The position numbers were made by a program, and so were the translations under genes. Positions 25,691-36,509 of a stretch of DNA of 64,000 bases are shown here, piece after piece (the first letter of the stretch is position 1; each line of letters begins with the position of its first letter). The notes beneath the pieces were generated by a model that ran no database searches, was not told the DNA's origin, and saw only the letters and a list, made by a program, of their open reading frames with translations. Source of the DNA: Octopus sinensis (Eukaryota); assembly GCF_006345805.1 (NCBI RefSeq), contig NC_043008.1:24118001-24182000 (forward strand), read 5' to 3'.

Positions 25691-26473
25691 CTGATTGTCT
25701 GTTCGAAGGTTTATTAACCTGTATTCAGTGGAACACATCGCCTCATTCTCAAAAATAACAGCGATACCTGCTGAGTTCGTCGTTCGTCTACACGACATTG
25801 CTAAGGGGCAATCAACCCGAAACTAGTCTGTGACTGTTGAACCAGCAAGGGGCAGCTGTTGACTTCCCCTATTCGAAGGTTGTAATGGACACAGGTTTGT
25901 GTGACACATAGCTAGCTAAAGACGATGGCTTCGTGGAGCTAATCAACGGCAGCATTCGTGCTATTTTCTGGACTGACATGTTAGCTTGGCGATAACTATT
26001 AATATATATATAATGTATGCACGTGTTTCACATTAACAGTATAAACGTGTGCGACGATATATAAGGGACATATGTGCATGTAATTGTGTGCATGTATGAA
26101 TGCATATATATATATGTATGTATATATAATCAAAATCAAAATGAGGGTGAAAAATTGGATATTAATTTTATAACATCAATTTAACACCAGTGGTCTAGCA
26201 TATAAAAAACTGAGATTCAGTAAATAGTATTTTATACATAAATATTAGAGGGAACCACTATGTTGAAACCCTTACGCTAGAAGAAGATCCGCTATGGTCT
26301 CAACCACTAAGAATTGTTCTCCAGAAAATTTAGTGCTAAATTTTCTGGACAACGATTCTTAGTGGTTGAGACCATAGTGGATCTTCTACTAGCGTAAGGG
26401 TTTCCACATAGTGGCTCCCTCTTATATGTATGTATATAAATAGTGGTTCCCTCTTATATTTATGTATGTATAT
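25689..26473 (+). repeat. Left arm of large inverted repeat
   Basis: Reverse complement of 26968-27720; I counted about 10 substitutions plus a ~32-bp tandem duplication at 26409-26473. Confidence 0.95.
26248..26421. mobile_element. 174-bp fully palindromic MITE with TTA TSD (PIF/Harbinger/Tourist-like)
   Basis: TTA|gagggaaccactatg...aaaatttag-tg-ctaaatttt...catagtggctccctc|TTA; ~86-bp arms, 2-nt loop, about 5 mismatches. Confidence 0.85.
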
Positions 26474-26483
26474 TATATATATA

Positions 26484-26556
<73 letters not shown>

Positions 26557-26585
26557 TATATATATGTATGTATGTATGTATATAT

Positions 26586-26630
<45 letters not shown>
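26474..26630. repeat. (TA)n/(TACA)n/(TATG)n microsatellite in the palindrome spacer
   Basis: Direct reading. Confidence 0.95.
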
Positions 26631-26634
<4 letters not shown>

Positions 26635-26957
26635 ACCCCCTTCGGTCATGAATGACCATGGGATTGCACCTAGAAAGTTACCCTCCTAGACACAAGTCCG
26701 GGCAAGGTTGTTTATGGAAGACCAGCAGTCGCCCATGCATACCAGCCTCCCCTCTCCACGCCACCGATGTTATTCAAGGGAAAGACAAAGGTCGATACAA
26801 CTTGGCACCTGTGACGTCGCAACTCATTTCTACAGCTGAGTGAACTGGAGCAACGTGAAATAAAGTGCTTTGCTCAAGAACACAACACGCAGCCCGGTCC
26901 GGGATTCGAGCTCACAACCTCACGATCGTAAGCTCGACGCTCTAACCACTGAGCCAT
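26631..26957 (-). mobile_element. tRNA-derived SINE, near full length
   Basis: The minus strand starts atggctcagtggttagagcg (A box)...gagctcgaatccc (B-box-like), then gtgttgtgttcttgagcaaagcacttt, and ends in an AT tail. Confidence 0.85.
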
Positions 26958-26967
26958 ATATACATAT

Positions 26968-27720
26968 ATATACATACATAAATATAAGAGGGAACCACTA
27001 TGTGGAAACCCTTACGCTAGTAGAAGATCCACTATGGTCTCAACCACTAATAATCGTTCTCCAGAAAATTTAGCACAAAATTTTCTGGAGAACAATTCTT
27101 AGTGGTTGAGACCATAGCAGATCTTCTTCTAGCGTAAGGGTTTCAACATAGTGGTTCCCTCTAATATTTATGTATAAAATACTATTTACTGAATCTCAGT
27201 TTTTTATATGCTAGACCACTGGTGTTAAATTGATGTTATAAAATTAATATCCAATTTTTCACCCTCATTTTGATTTTGATTATATATACATACATATATA
27301 TATATGCATTCATACATGCACACAATTACATGCACATATGTCCTTTATATATCGTCGCATACGTTTATACTGTTAATGTGAAACACGTACATACATTATA
27401 TATATATTAATAGTTATCGCCAAGCTAACATGTCAGTCCAGAAAATAGCACGAATGCTGCCGTTGATTAGCTCCACGAAGCCATCGCCTTTAGCTAGCTA
27501 TGTGTCACACAAACCTGTGTCCATTACAACCTTCGAATAGGGGAAGTCAACAGCTGCCCCTTGCTGGTTCAACAGTCACAGACTAGTTTCGGGTTGATTG
27601 TCCCTTAGCAATGTCGTGTAGACGAACGACGAACTCAGCAGGTATCGCTGTTATTTTTGAGAATGAGGCGATGTGTTCCACTGAATACAGGTTAATAAAC
27701 CTTCGAACAGACAATCAGCA
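26968..27720 (-). repeat. Right arm of large inverted repeat
   Basis: Reverse complement of 25689-26473. Confidence 0.95.
26988..27161. mobile_element. Second (inverted) copy of the 174-bp palindromic MITE, TAA flanks
   Basis: TAA|gagggaacc...ggttccctc|TAA; it carries the same arm asymmetries as the left copy, in flipped orientation. Confidence 0.85.
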
Positions 27721-27744
27721 GTGACGCCTACTGGGTTCGACTAC

Positions 27745-27915
27745 TCGACACTGAGAAGGGGCAGTCACCCCGAAACTAATCTGTGGATGTTGAACGAGCA
27801 CGGGGAAGATGCTGACCTCCCCTGTCGCAGGTTGTAATGGACGCAGGTTTGTGTTACATAGCTAGTTAGAGGCAATGGCTTCTTGGAGCTAATCAACGGC
27901 AGCATAACTATTAAT
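27745..27915 (+). repeat. Older diverged copy of the arm segment, with degenerate minimal hammerhead-like motif (Penelope pLTR-like)
   Basis: Roughly 75-80% identical by eye to 25790-25955. It contains CTGA-GA-A-GGGG-cagtca-CCCC-GAAAC at 27751-27776. Confidence 0.6.
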
Positions 27916-27960
27916 ACTCAGTACTGCTGCTGTAGTCTCCTTTAGAGAGATCTATTAATA

Positions 27961-27963
27961 TAA

Positions 27964-28026
<63 letters not shown>
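27961..28026. repeat. (TA)n microsatellite
   Basis: Direct reading. Confidence 0.95.
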
Positions 28027-28030
<4 letters not shown>

Positions 28031-28110
28031 GACATATGCAGAAGCGTATGCGACGCAAAATCAAGTATGCATAAATATGAACGTTATGATGTTGCTGATA
28101 TTATATTTTT

Positions 28111-28366
28111 ATTTTATTCTTTTATTTGTTTCAGTTATTTGACTGTGGTCATGCTCGAGTACCGCCTTTAGTCGAGCAAATCGACCCCAGGACTTATTTT
28201 TTGTAAGATTAGTACTTATTCCATCGGTTTCTTTTGCCGAACCGCTAAGTTACGGGAACGCAAACACACCAGCGTCGGCTGTCAAGCGATGTTGAGGGGA
28301 CAAACACAGACACACAAACATACACATACATACATACATACATACATACATACATACATACATAAT

Positions 28367-28448
<82 letters not shown>

Positions 28449-28597
28449 CGACTGACTTCTTTCAGTTTCCGTCTACCAAATCCACTCACACGGCTTTAGT
28501 AGAAGACACTTGCCCAAGGTGCCACGCAGTGAAACTGAAGCCAGAACCATGTGGTTGGTAAGCAAGCTACTTACCACACGGCCACTCCTGCGCTTAT
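28111..28597 (-). mobile_element. tRNA-derived SINE with internal (TACA)/(CA)/(TA) microsatellite
   Basis: Minus-strand head gcaggagtggccgtgtggtaagtagcttgc...ggttctggcttcagtttcactgcgtggcaccttgggcaagtgtcttct, followed by an internal microsatellite and an AT-rich tail. Confidence 0.85.
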
Positions 28598-28760
28598 GTG
28601 GAATCAAATAAAAAAAAATTCTGAAATAATAGAAAATACAGAATTTTAAAAAATCTTTTGCATCCATAGGACATTAATAGCAGATCGATAAAGTACATGA
28701 TACTGCTTGTTGCAGAAGTGAATGTGCCCAGTAAATGTGAGAATTATGTGTACATTAGCA

Positions 28761-28811
<51 letters not shown>

Positions 28812-28895
28812 ATAAATATGATGGGAGACTCAAGGTTTATAAAAGAGTATTGATGGTGAGGAATCAAGTGCAGTAGAAAGAATTCATTCTTGTTA

Positions 28896-28959
28896 AAGGA
28901 ATTATCCATGCAGTTGCAACTTAACCAATGTTAAGTTGCAACTGCATGGATAATTCCTT
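28896..28959. other. Perfect 30-bp inverted repeat with a 4-nt loop
   Basis: aaggaattatccatgcagttgcaacttaac-caat-gttaagttgcaactgcatggataattcctt. Confidence 0.97.
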
Positions 28960-28974
28960 AAATATCGCTTAAAA

Positions 28975-29560
28975 ATTCTGTGGAAAACCTACTGGAGAAA
29001 TATTTATTAGTTATTGTGGATCTTAAATCAGCCATTGAAGCTTAACTTTCTATGGTATTTCTAGAGAACATTTGAAGAGGCGTATATATTCGATCCTGTT
29101 GATGACTCCGTTTCTACTCAAAGCTTCGTCATGAAATACAGCAACATGGTTAAGAGTCTCTTCATTAGTTGATGCATCTGGTAAGTTTCTCCGAAGATAG
29201 ATAGATAGATATATTATGATTGAAATTAAAGGTTTATAGAAAAAGTATAAAACTGAGGGCTTTGCTAGTGGCTATTTGCTACTGATGATGCTCAGGGAAA
29301 CGGAAATCTATACGAATACTGCGGTTTGTGGCTTTCTGCAGTATATCTACGTTGAGTACAAAATATGGAATGCTATTTTGAGCTAATACTGCATCCGTTG
29401 CTAATTACGAATTTTGACCCTCTATTTGCGACACCAACGATTTGCTATTTACTGTTTTTTTCTATATCAGTAGAAGCTAAATTTATTTAATCATGCTGTG
29501 GATACTTGCTACTGATGACCCTTAAGAAAGCGGAAACATGTATTTAACAATTCTGTCGCC
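28975..29560 (+). mobile_element. Highly degraded Penelope-like remnant with two hammerhead-core-like motifs
   Basis: CGKPTGE and REHLKR traces suggest GIY-YIG. CTGATGA...GAAAC occurs at 29282-29301 and 29512-29537, 230 bp apart, with the shared upstream sequence gtgg.ta.ttgcta. Confidence 0.4.
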
Positions 29561-30099
29561 CATACTGGACACTTTTTCGTCTGCTACTGATATGCTTCTG
29601 TGTTTTTAGCACTATATATGTATAGGAAATGATGCCTCGAGACGATAACCGTGTTTTGTTTTTTTTTTTAGCTTTCTACAGTGTATCCATGTAAAGTAGA
29701 ATATAGAGAATACCCTACTTCAGTCGATAATAGCGAATATGTTAGTTAGTTATTGGAAGAGACCAACGTATCGCTTACTGTAATTGAAAGCAAACACTGA
29801 AAATTGTGAAGTTAGTATCTTAAACATTCGGCCATGCCTGCGCCTTTTAAAGACATATTCTCTTGAAACATCGATAATACCATTCTTTATTGCTTAGACT
29901 GAGGCAGAGACGCAATGTTGAATAGTAGTTAATATGACTCATGTTCACTTTGTCAATATGCTGATATTTGCAGTGATATGCAAACAGATGAAAAATTCTA
30001 AAAGTGATGGTGACATTTTGCTGAGCATTGGCATTTTAAGGGTTTGATTCATTATAGATGTGCACGCGCTAGCCTAAATACGGATGCAATACAAAATAA

Positions 30100-30275
30100 A
30101 TCAATCAAATTTTGGTTGGGGCACTTGTCGATTATTTCGACCACAGTTCTCATTTCATCGACCCTGAAATGATGAAAGATAAAGACGACCCTGCTACATT
30201 TGAACCCAGAGCTTAAACCCAGAATAGATGCTCCTAAGCATTTTGCCCAGCGCAGTAACCATTCTGCCATGTTGC
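30100..30275 (-). mobile_element. Degraded SINE
   Basis: gtcgattatttcgac...tttcatcgaccctgaaatgatgaaag...tttgaaccc...cattttgccc matches the SINE family at 30677 and 40714. Confidence 0.6.
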
Positions 30276-30676
30276 TGTCTTAAAGTTTATGATTAAATTA
30301 AGCGTTATTTTTGCCTGATATTTTTTTCATAGTTGAAGTATTTTTTTACTTTAAAAAACTTTATCAATTTTAACTAAGTGAAAATTATATAACTACAGTA
30401 GAATGAGTAAGGTTGTAAAAAAAGAACACTTCTGAAATCTAAGCGAGCTTATTTGCTATTTTTGACGTGTGGTTTCGAAAAAGCTGGTGTTATAATCCAT
30501 CAACGGAATGTGTTGTAACATATATTGTCAACCAAACTATTATTGCGCAGCTGAACTTACTGACGCCCAACTAATACTCTTGGAGTAACCATTTTACCGA
30601 TACAGTAATCTCCCAATTCGGATTTTACTATCAAAATTTGTGATAAAGGTTTTAGTCGTGTGCCATATATTTTTTA

Positions 30677-31260
30677 AAGCGGCGAGCTGGCAGAAACGTT
30701 AGCACGCCGGGCGAAATGCTCAGCGGTATTTCGTCTGCCGTTACGTTCTGAGTTCAAATTCCGCCGAGGTTGACTTTACCTTTCATCTTTTCGGGGTCGA
30801 TTAAATAAGTACCAGTTACGCACTGGAGTCGATGTAATCGGCTTAATCCGTTTGTCTGTCCTTGTTTGTCCCCTCTGTGTTTAGCCCTTTGTGGATAGTA
30901 AAGAAATAGGTATTTCGTCTGCAGCTACGTTCTAAGTTCAAATTCCGCCGAGGTCGACTTTGCCTTTCATCTTTTCGGGGTCGATTAAATAAGTACCAGT
31001 TACGCACTGGGGTCGATAAAATCGACTTGATCCGTTTGTCTTTCCTTGTTTGTCCTCACTGTGTTTAGCCCCTTGTGGGTAGTAAAGAAATAGGTATTTT
31101 GTGAGTCTTTACGTTCTGAGTCCAAATTCCACCGAGGCCGATTTTGCCTTTCATCCTTTCAGAGTTGATAAATTAAGTACCAGTTGCGTACTGGAGTCGA
31201 TCTATTCGACTGACCCTCTCCCCAAAAATTTCGGGTCTTGTGCCTAGAGTAGAAAAAAAT
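30677..31260 (+). mobile_element. tRNA-derived SINE with three tandem 184-bp internal units
   Basis: Head aagcggcgagctggcagaaacgttagc; the unit gtatttcgtctg...gagttcaaattcc recurs at 30726, 30910 and 31094; tail cttgtgcctagagtagaaa. Confidence 0.9.
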
Positions 31261-32399
31261 ATTTTTTAAAATGGAGAGTGAGTTTTAATAAGAAAAGTAT
31301 AGTACATGGATATTACGTAATTCTGACAGGAGGTATTGATATAAATTATGATGGATCACTTTAAAAGTGTGTGTTCAAATGATAAAACAAGAATGTATGA
31401 AAAATAGGTGAATTCTGAGATACTCCCAAGTTAATAGTTTATTGGATAAAAATAGCTAAAAACCACGAAATGTTAGAAATTCCGAACAGGATTACCAAAA
31501 TTCCATTCTGGAACTCCTTCGAAATATTTGCAAAGTTGTGCGTTAACTATAAAAAGACATCCTAATTCCAAACTTCTCTTAATAACTTACATATAATGAA
31601 TTGCATTTTGCTATTTCCCTCGAGATATGTACATACAAATTAAAAAGTTTGAGCGGAGTAAAATCAAGGAAAGAAATTTATTTTGGGATTTCCGGAATTT
31701 TCTTTGCCATTTTAAGAAAAGCTAAAAACTGAAAATTCCATTTTTGCGTTAATTAGATCAACATCTGCAGATAAAACAATTTGCTTCCGTAAATGAATAA
31801 CACGAATTCGTAATTCAATTTTGTTTGCCTCAGTGGCATACAATGAAATAGTTAATAGTGATTTCTAATTTCTAAAATATGCACAAAACCATAGATCTAT
31901 GGTGTGTAGTGGGAGGGGCATGGTCGGTTACTTCAATCTCGTTACTTGACTACAGAATGAAAACCAACGTTAGCCTTGGTTGAATTTGATCTAAGAATAA
32001 AAAATAATTCTAAGTATTTTTGTGTGGGAAAGGGTGTTTACGAATTATGTCAAGATTTCTAACATATAGCAGAAGATAACGCATTTCAGGAGAGGGTACA
32101 GTCTATTATAATGACCCTAGAACTTGAAACTTCAATGATACTTATTTAATTGAATGAAAGAAAATGGATTAGAAAGCATAACGTAAAGCGAGGAGACTAA
32201 ATATCATAAGACACTTTGACTAATGATTTAGTAGTTCTGCTTATCCACAGTGCTAAGAAGAAAGTTGACAAATCGGTACAAAGCATAGGAACATAGTCCA
32301 AATAACAATCACGGTCAACGTTCTGCGCTCAAAATCCAAATCCTACGGGTCTCATTGTTCCGGTGGTACAATAAAAACAACAGCAATAAAATAAAAATA

Positions 32400-32832
32400 A
32401 TTGTTTCAAATTTTGGCACAGGGCCCGCAATTTTGAGAGGATGGTGCAAGTCAATCACATCGACCCCAGTACTTGACTGGTACTTATTATATCGACCTGA
32501 AAAAATGAAAGGCAAGTCGAGGTAGGCGGCATCTGAACTCAGAACCTAAAGAGCCGGAAGGAATACTGCACAGCATTTAATTCGGCGCCCAAACAATTCT
32601 GCCAGTTCACCACCTTAATAATAATCATGATAAATCTTTCTATTGTGAGCACAAAGCCTAAAATCAGGGGCGAGGGGAATAATCGATCACATCGGCCCCA
32701 AAGCTTAACTAACACTTATTTCATCGATCTCGAAAGGATGAAAGGCTATATCGAACTTGGCAGAATCTGAACTCAGATTGCAAAGATGAAGTACTACTAA
32801 CCATGCTAACGATTCTGTCAGCTAACCGCCTT
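32400..32832 (-). mobile_element. Two adjacent degraded monomeric copies of the same SINE family
   Basis: Both show ggcaca..gcc..aatt..gggg..tcgat.acatcgacccca..gaaagg..tgaactcaga..attctg.cag (about 32400-32616 and 32630-32832). Confidence 0.75.
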
Positions 32833-32833
32833 G

Positions 32834-32835
<2 letters not shown>

Positions 32836-32921
<86 letters not shown>
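32836..32921. repeat. (TAA)n microsatellite, ~28 units
   Basis: Direct reading. Confidence 0.97.
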
Positions 32922-33350
32922 GTGGAACACAATCCACCTCCTGTGCTTGAAAATGACCACATCTCACACCTCTGGAACTTCACCATTCAAACTGACAGGA
33001 AGATAGATGCAAATAGGCCAGACATCATATTGAAATACTTCAAACAAAGAACATGCCTCCTCATTGATATGACTGTCCCAATCGATATAAACGTATCTGT
33101 CAAGACCTACCAAAAACTGACCAAATATAAAGATCTTGAAATAGAAATCAGCAAAATGTGGAAGCTGAAGACTAAAACAATACCTGTTGTCATAGGTGCC
33201 CTGGGAATGATAACGAAAGGGACTGATTGCTACCTAACTCAGATACCCGGAAACCCCAAAATGGCAGAAATTCAAAAGATAGTGCTCATGGGAACTGCTC
33301 ATATCCTACGCAAAATACTCTCTATGTAATCCCAAGGTTTAAAACAAACT
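32922..33350 (+). mobile_element. 5'-truncated R4/Dong-like (RLE) retrotransposon: restriction-like endonuclease C-terminus
   Basis: ORF 32922-33329 reads LWNFTIQTDRKIDANRPDIIL...CLLIDMTVP...KYKDLEIEI...IPVVIGALG...LMGTAHILRKIL*, a PD-(D/E)xK RLE pattern. It is flanked by (TAA)n and (TTTA)n/(TAA)n. Confidence 0.9.
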
Positions 33351-33351
33351 T

Positions 33352-33382
<31 letters not shown>

Positions 33383-33459
33383 TTATGTATAATAATATAA
33401 TAATAATAATATAATAATAATATAATAATAATAATAATAATAATAAATAATAATAATAA

Positions 33460-33490
<31 letters not shown>

Positions 33491-33495
33491 AAGAA
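33350..33495. repeat. (TTTA)n-(TAA)n-(GAA)n compound microsatellite
   Basis: Direct reading. Confidence 0.95.
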
Positions 33496-34474
33496 TAGCC
33501 TTGACAGCGGCTGGACGTGTACTTCGCTGCTCTGACCAGTCAGCAGCTGAAGACACAGAAACACTAATATAACCCAGCAGAACAACTGAAAAATAACTCT
33601 CAAAGACTGGAGTATCTACAATTACTTGTGAATATTTAAAATTTCCTTCAAAATAAGAAACTTTCATATCTACAGTTTTCGAACATACAAACGATCAGCT
33701 TTAAAAACTACAACTTCTGTGAATACCTATTTTTTCCTTTCTCTCTCAGTAACCATCCTTTTTATTCTAAGAACACTACAGCTTTCTCTGTTTGGACATA
33801 CAAAAGTTCATCTTTAGTGAATCTTAAAACTTTAATATCTACAATTTTCTGTGAAAATTTTACCCTCCTTTTCTTTCCTTTCCTTTCTTCCTAAGTATTC
33901 GAAAATGTAAACATCCTTTTTACAGCAAAAGCACTACAGTCTTTTCTGATCGGACATACATACGAACATCTCTAGAAAATTTTAAATCTTTAGTATCTAC
34001 AACTTTGTGTGTAAGTTTCATCTTTCTTATCTCCCTGACTATCCGAATATGTAAACATACGTTTTATTGCAACAACACACTTAAATGCACGGAGAAAAAA
34101 TAATTAAAAATAATAAAAAATTAAAAATAGAACAAGGTGAACTGGTTCTTCTCAAGACTAAGGTCATCGCTCTCATTGAGAGCTAGTAGTAGTAAATACA
34201 TTTGACCCCAAGGATGTGAGGCCTCGTTTGTCTCCTTATCGCACAGGAATGCCTACTGCTGATCTTACCAGCTGCCGAATGTATTTACAGACCTGTAGAA
34301 TTTGGTTTGCTCACCAAACTGCTTCTCTTTCTCCTACTCTCAAGACGGTTACAAAACCAATGATTGTGAGAGCACTTGAAATGACCAGTAAAGGAACTAA
34401 AAATTAGTTGAGAATGACTCCTGGATTACTATTCATGCAATGAGCGCAAAAGATAGTATTAAGTGTTAACTGCA

Positions 34475-34610
34475 AACGTAAAGTGACTGTATATGAAAAG
34501 AAAGAATAGTGGCAGAGGACTGATTAGTATAGACCATTGTATAAGGAGTGAAAGGAGAACGTCTGCCGAGTATTTGATAAATAGGGACCAAGATCTGCTG
34601 CAATATTCGG
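34475..34610 (+). mobile_element. Short R4/Dong-like fragment (post-RT region)
   Basis: LYMKRKNSGRGLISIDHCIRSERRTSAEYLINRD, a paralogue of 35940-36060. Confidence 0.75.
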
Positions 34611-34789
34611 GACCCATATTATTATTGATAATTTTAAATGCTATAGGTAGAACGATGGTGGTAATGATAATCACTGTGGTAATGGAGGCGACACAATGAA
34701 AGCACGTTAGATTATATATGTATGTACATACATGTACATGTGTATATATACAAATAAAGAGAGGAAAAGGTAGATGGGATCTCAATAAC

Positions 34790-36509
34790 AACTCTCGTGG
34801 GAACCCCACGAATGAATCATGAAATCCTGATGCAACACAACAAGGAGAGAATTAACGGCGAGAATGAAGCTATAGCCGATCATGGTGAAACCGCTTGCAT
34901 CAGGGGCAGTGATCTGGCCTAGGACGGTCGTTATGTCACAACAGATCCCATACACGGTGTGCGCAAAAGCAGATATAAGTGGACGAAGGAAGATATGTGT
35001 CCAATATCAGAAAATAAACTAATGAACCAAGTGAGAGTGATTAGGAGGAAGGATTACTTATGGAGTAGAAATATCTCGGATTAGTGTCTGAGAGATCCTG
35101 TGGACGGGTTATAAAGAATGGTCGCAGTTGAAAACAGAGAGGTAGGAGTTGAAAGCAGGGGGGAGAGTAGACAGAAGGAACGGTAGAATGGTGATGAGGC
35201 TGTTAAGGATGAGGAACAGGAACGTTAAACAGTGAACCCTGATACTGTGGTGGGTGGACATCCAGTGGAAATGAACCAACTAGATAGTGAATTGTTTGAA
35301 ATTCAAAGACGACTGAATAAGAGAAGTGTAGATAGGAGTATAATAAATAAAGTAACACAAAGATACTGCCATACCATACATCCAGACGGAGGACATAACA
35401 CAAACAAAGAATGTTCTCCGGGCTATTGCGCTACTTGTTAAGGAGAAATTACAACCTGAGAAAACAAATAATGGTGGAGCAAAAGAACCATGGTGGAAAC
35501 GACGCATTGATAAGGACATAATGCGGGCAAGGCAAGATCTAGGAAAAACTGAGCAACCGTTAAGAGGAAACTAGAAAAATGGGAAAAACACCAACCTAGA
35601 AAAATTAGGGAAGAAATATAAATTGCGGAAGAACGGGTTTGATGCAGTAATAGCGCAGTTAAAACAGATGATCATGGCAAAAAGCCAGAAGATTAGAAGA
35701 TTTGTGAACAGAAATAAGCAGTTCGAGGAGAAAAGATTGTTCAAAAATAACCCGGTGAAGATGGTGTTGAAATCCAACCTGAATACCAAAACTTTGATCA
35801 CCGCAATGAATATCTGGGCAGTTGCGGTGGTCAGATATAGTGCGTCCATCCTCAAATGGACTAAGGAGGAAATATGAACAATGGATTGAAGGACAAGAAA
35901 GCTGATGACGCTGCATGGGGCGCTACACCTCAAAGCAAACGTAAACAGACTGTATATGAAAAGAAGGAACAGTGGCAGAGGACTAATTAGTATTGCCCAT
36001 TGTATAAGGAGTGAAAGGATAACGCTTGCCGAGTATTTGATAAATAGAGATGAAGACCTCTGGGATTATAATTTTCAGCCGGATAGTGTAATCGAACACC
36101 GTCGGCCGGACATTGTCATATTGATTAAGAAAGACAAATACTGTCAGATCATTGATGTAGCCATACGAAATGACATGAATGTTGTGAGTAAAGAGGTTGA
36201 ACAAATCACCAAGTACTACGAATTGAAAGTGGAAATGGTAAGACTGTATGGAATGCGAGAGGGTAATGTAAAAGTGATACCAGTGGTGATCGGAGAGTTG
36301 GGCTGAATCCCATTGAAGCTTTAAGACTTTTAAGGCAACCGGAAATCCCATGCAATATTGATGTCTTGCTAAAAGCAGCCTCACTGGGCACAGCGCACAT
36401 GTTAAGGAAAGTATTATTTGTCTGAGGTCCTTGTTGTGACTTGACAGATAACTAAAGACTCCGATACATTTTTACTTACACTGTGCTACGAAGGAATAAT
36501 AATAATAAT
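34790..36509 (+). mobile_element. R4/Dong-like retrotransposon derivative with RT core and CCHC region deleted, (TAA)n tail
   Basis: N-terminal KWTKED / ENKLMNQVRVIR. Then AQLKQMIMAK..RLFKNNP joins directly to VKMVLKSNLN..AMNIWAVAVVRYSA, and EYLINRDEDL joins directly to WDYNFQPD..RRPDIVI..IIDVAI..PVVIGELG. It ends gaaggaataataataataat. Confidence 0.8.

Noticed and set aside
26870-26957. tRNA-like A/B boxes here and at 28500-28597, 30677-30770 and 42140-42190
   Set aside because: They continue into SINE bodies and lack a complete cloverleaf, so they are SINE heads rather than tRNA genes.
26247-27162. Flip/flop hairpins suggesting viral or linear-replicon hairpin telomeres
   Set aside because: Each hairpin has a TTA/TAA TSD and is embedded in ordinary host repeats. 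No viral or protelomerase ORF is present, and a MITE copied by the larger inversion explains the pattern.
33545-33575. CTGAAGA-CACA-GAAAC hammerhead-like string
   Set aside because: No stem II pairing, no palindromic stem III and no stem I.
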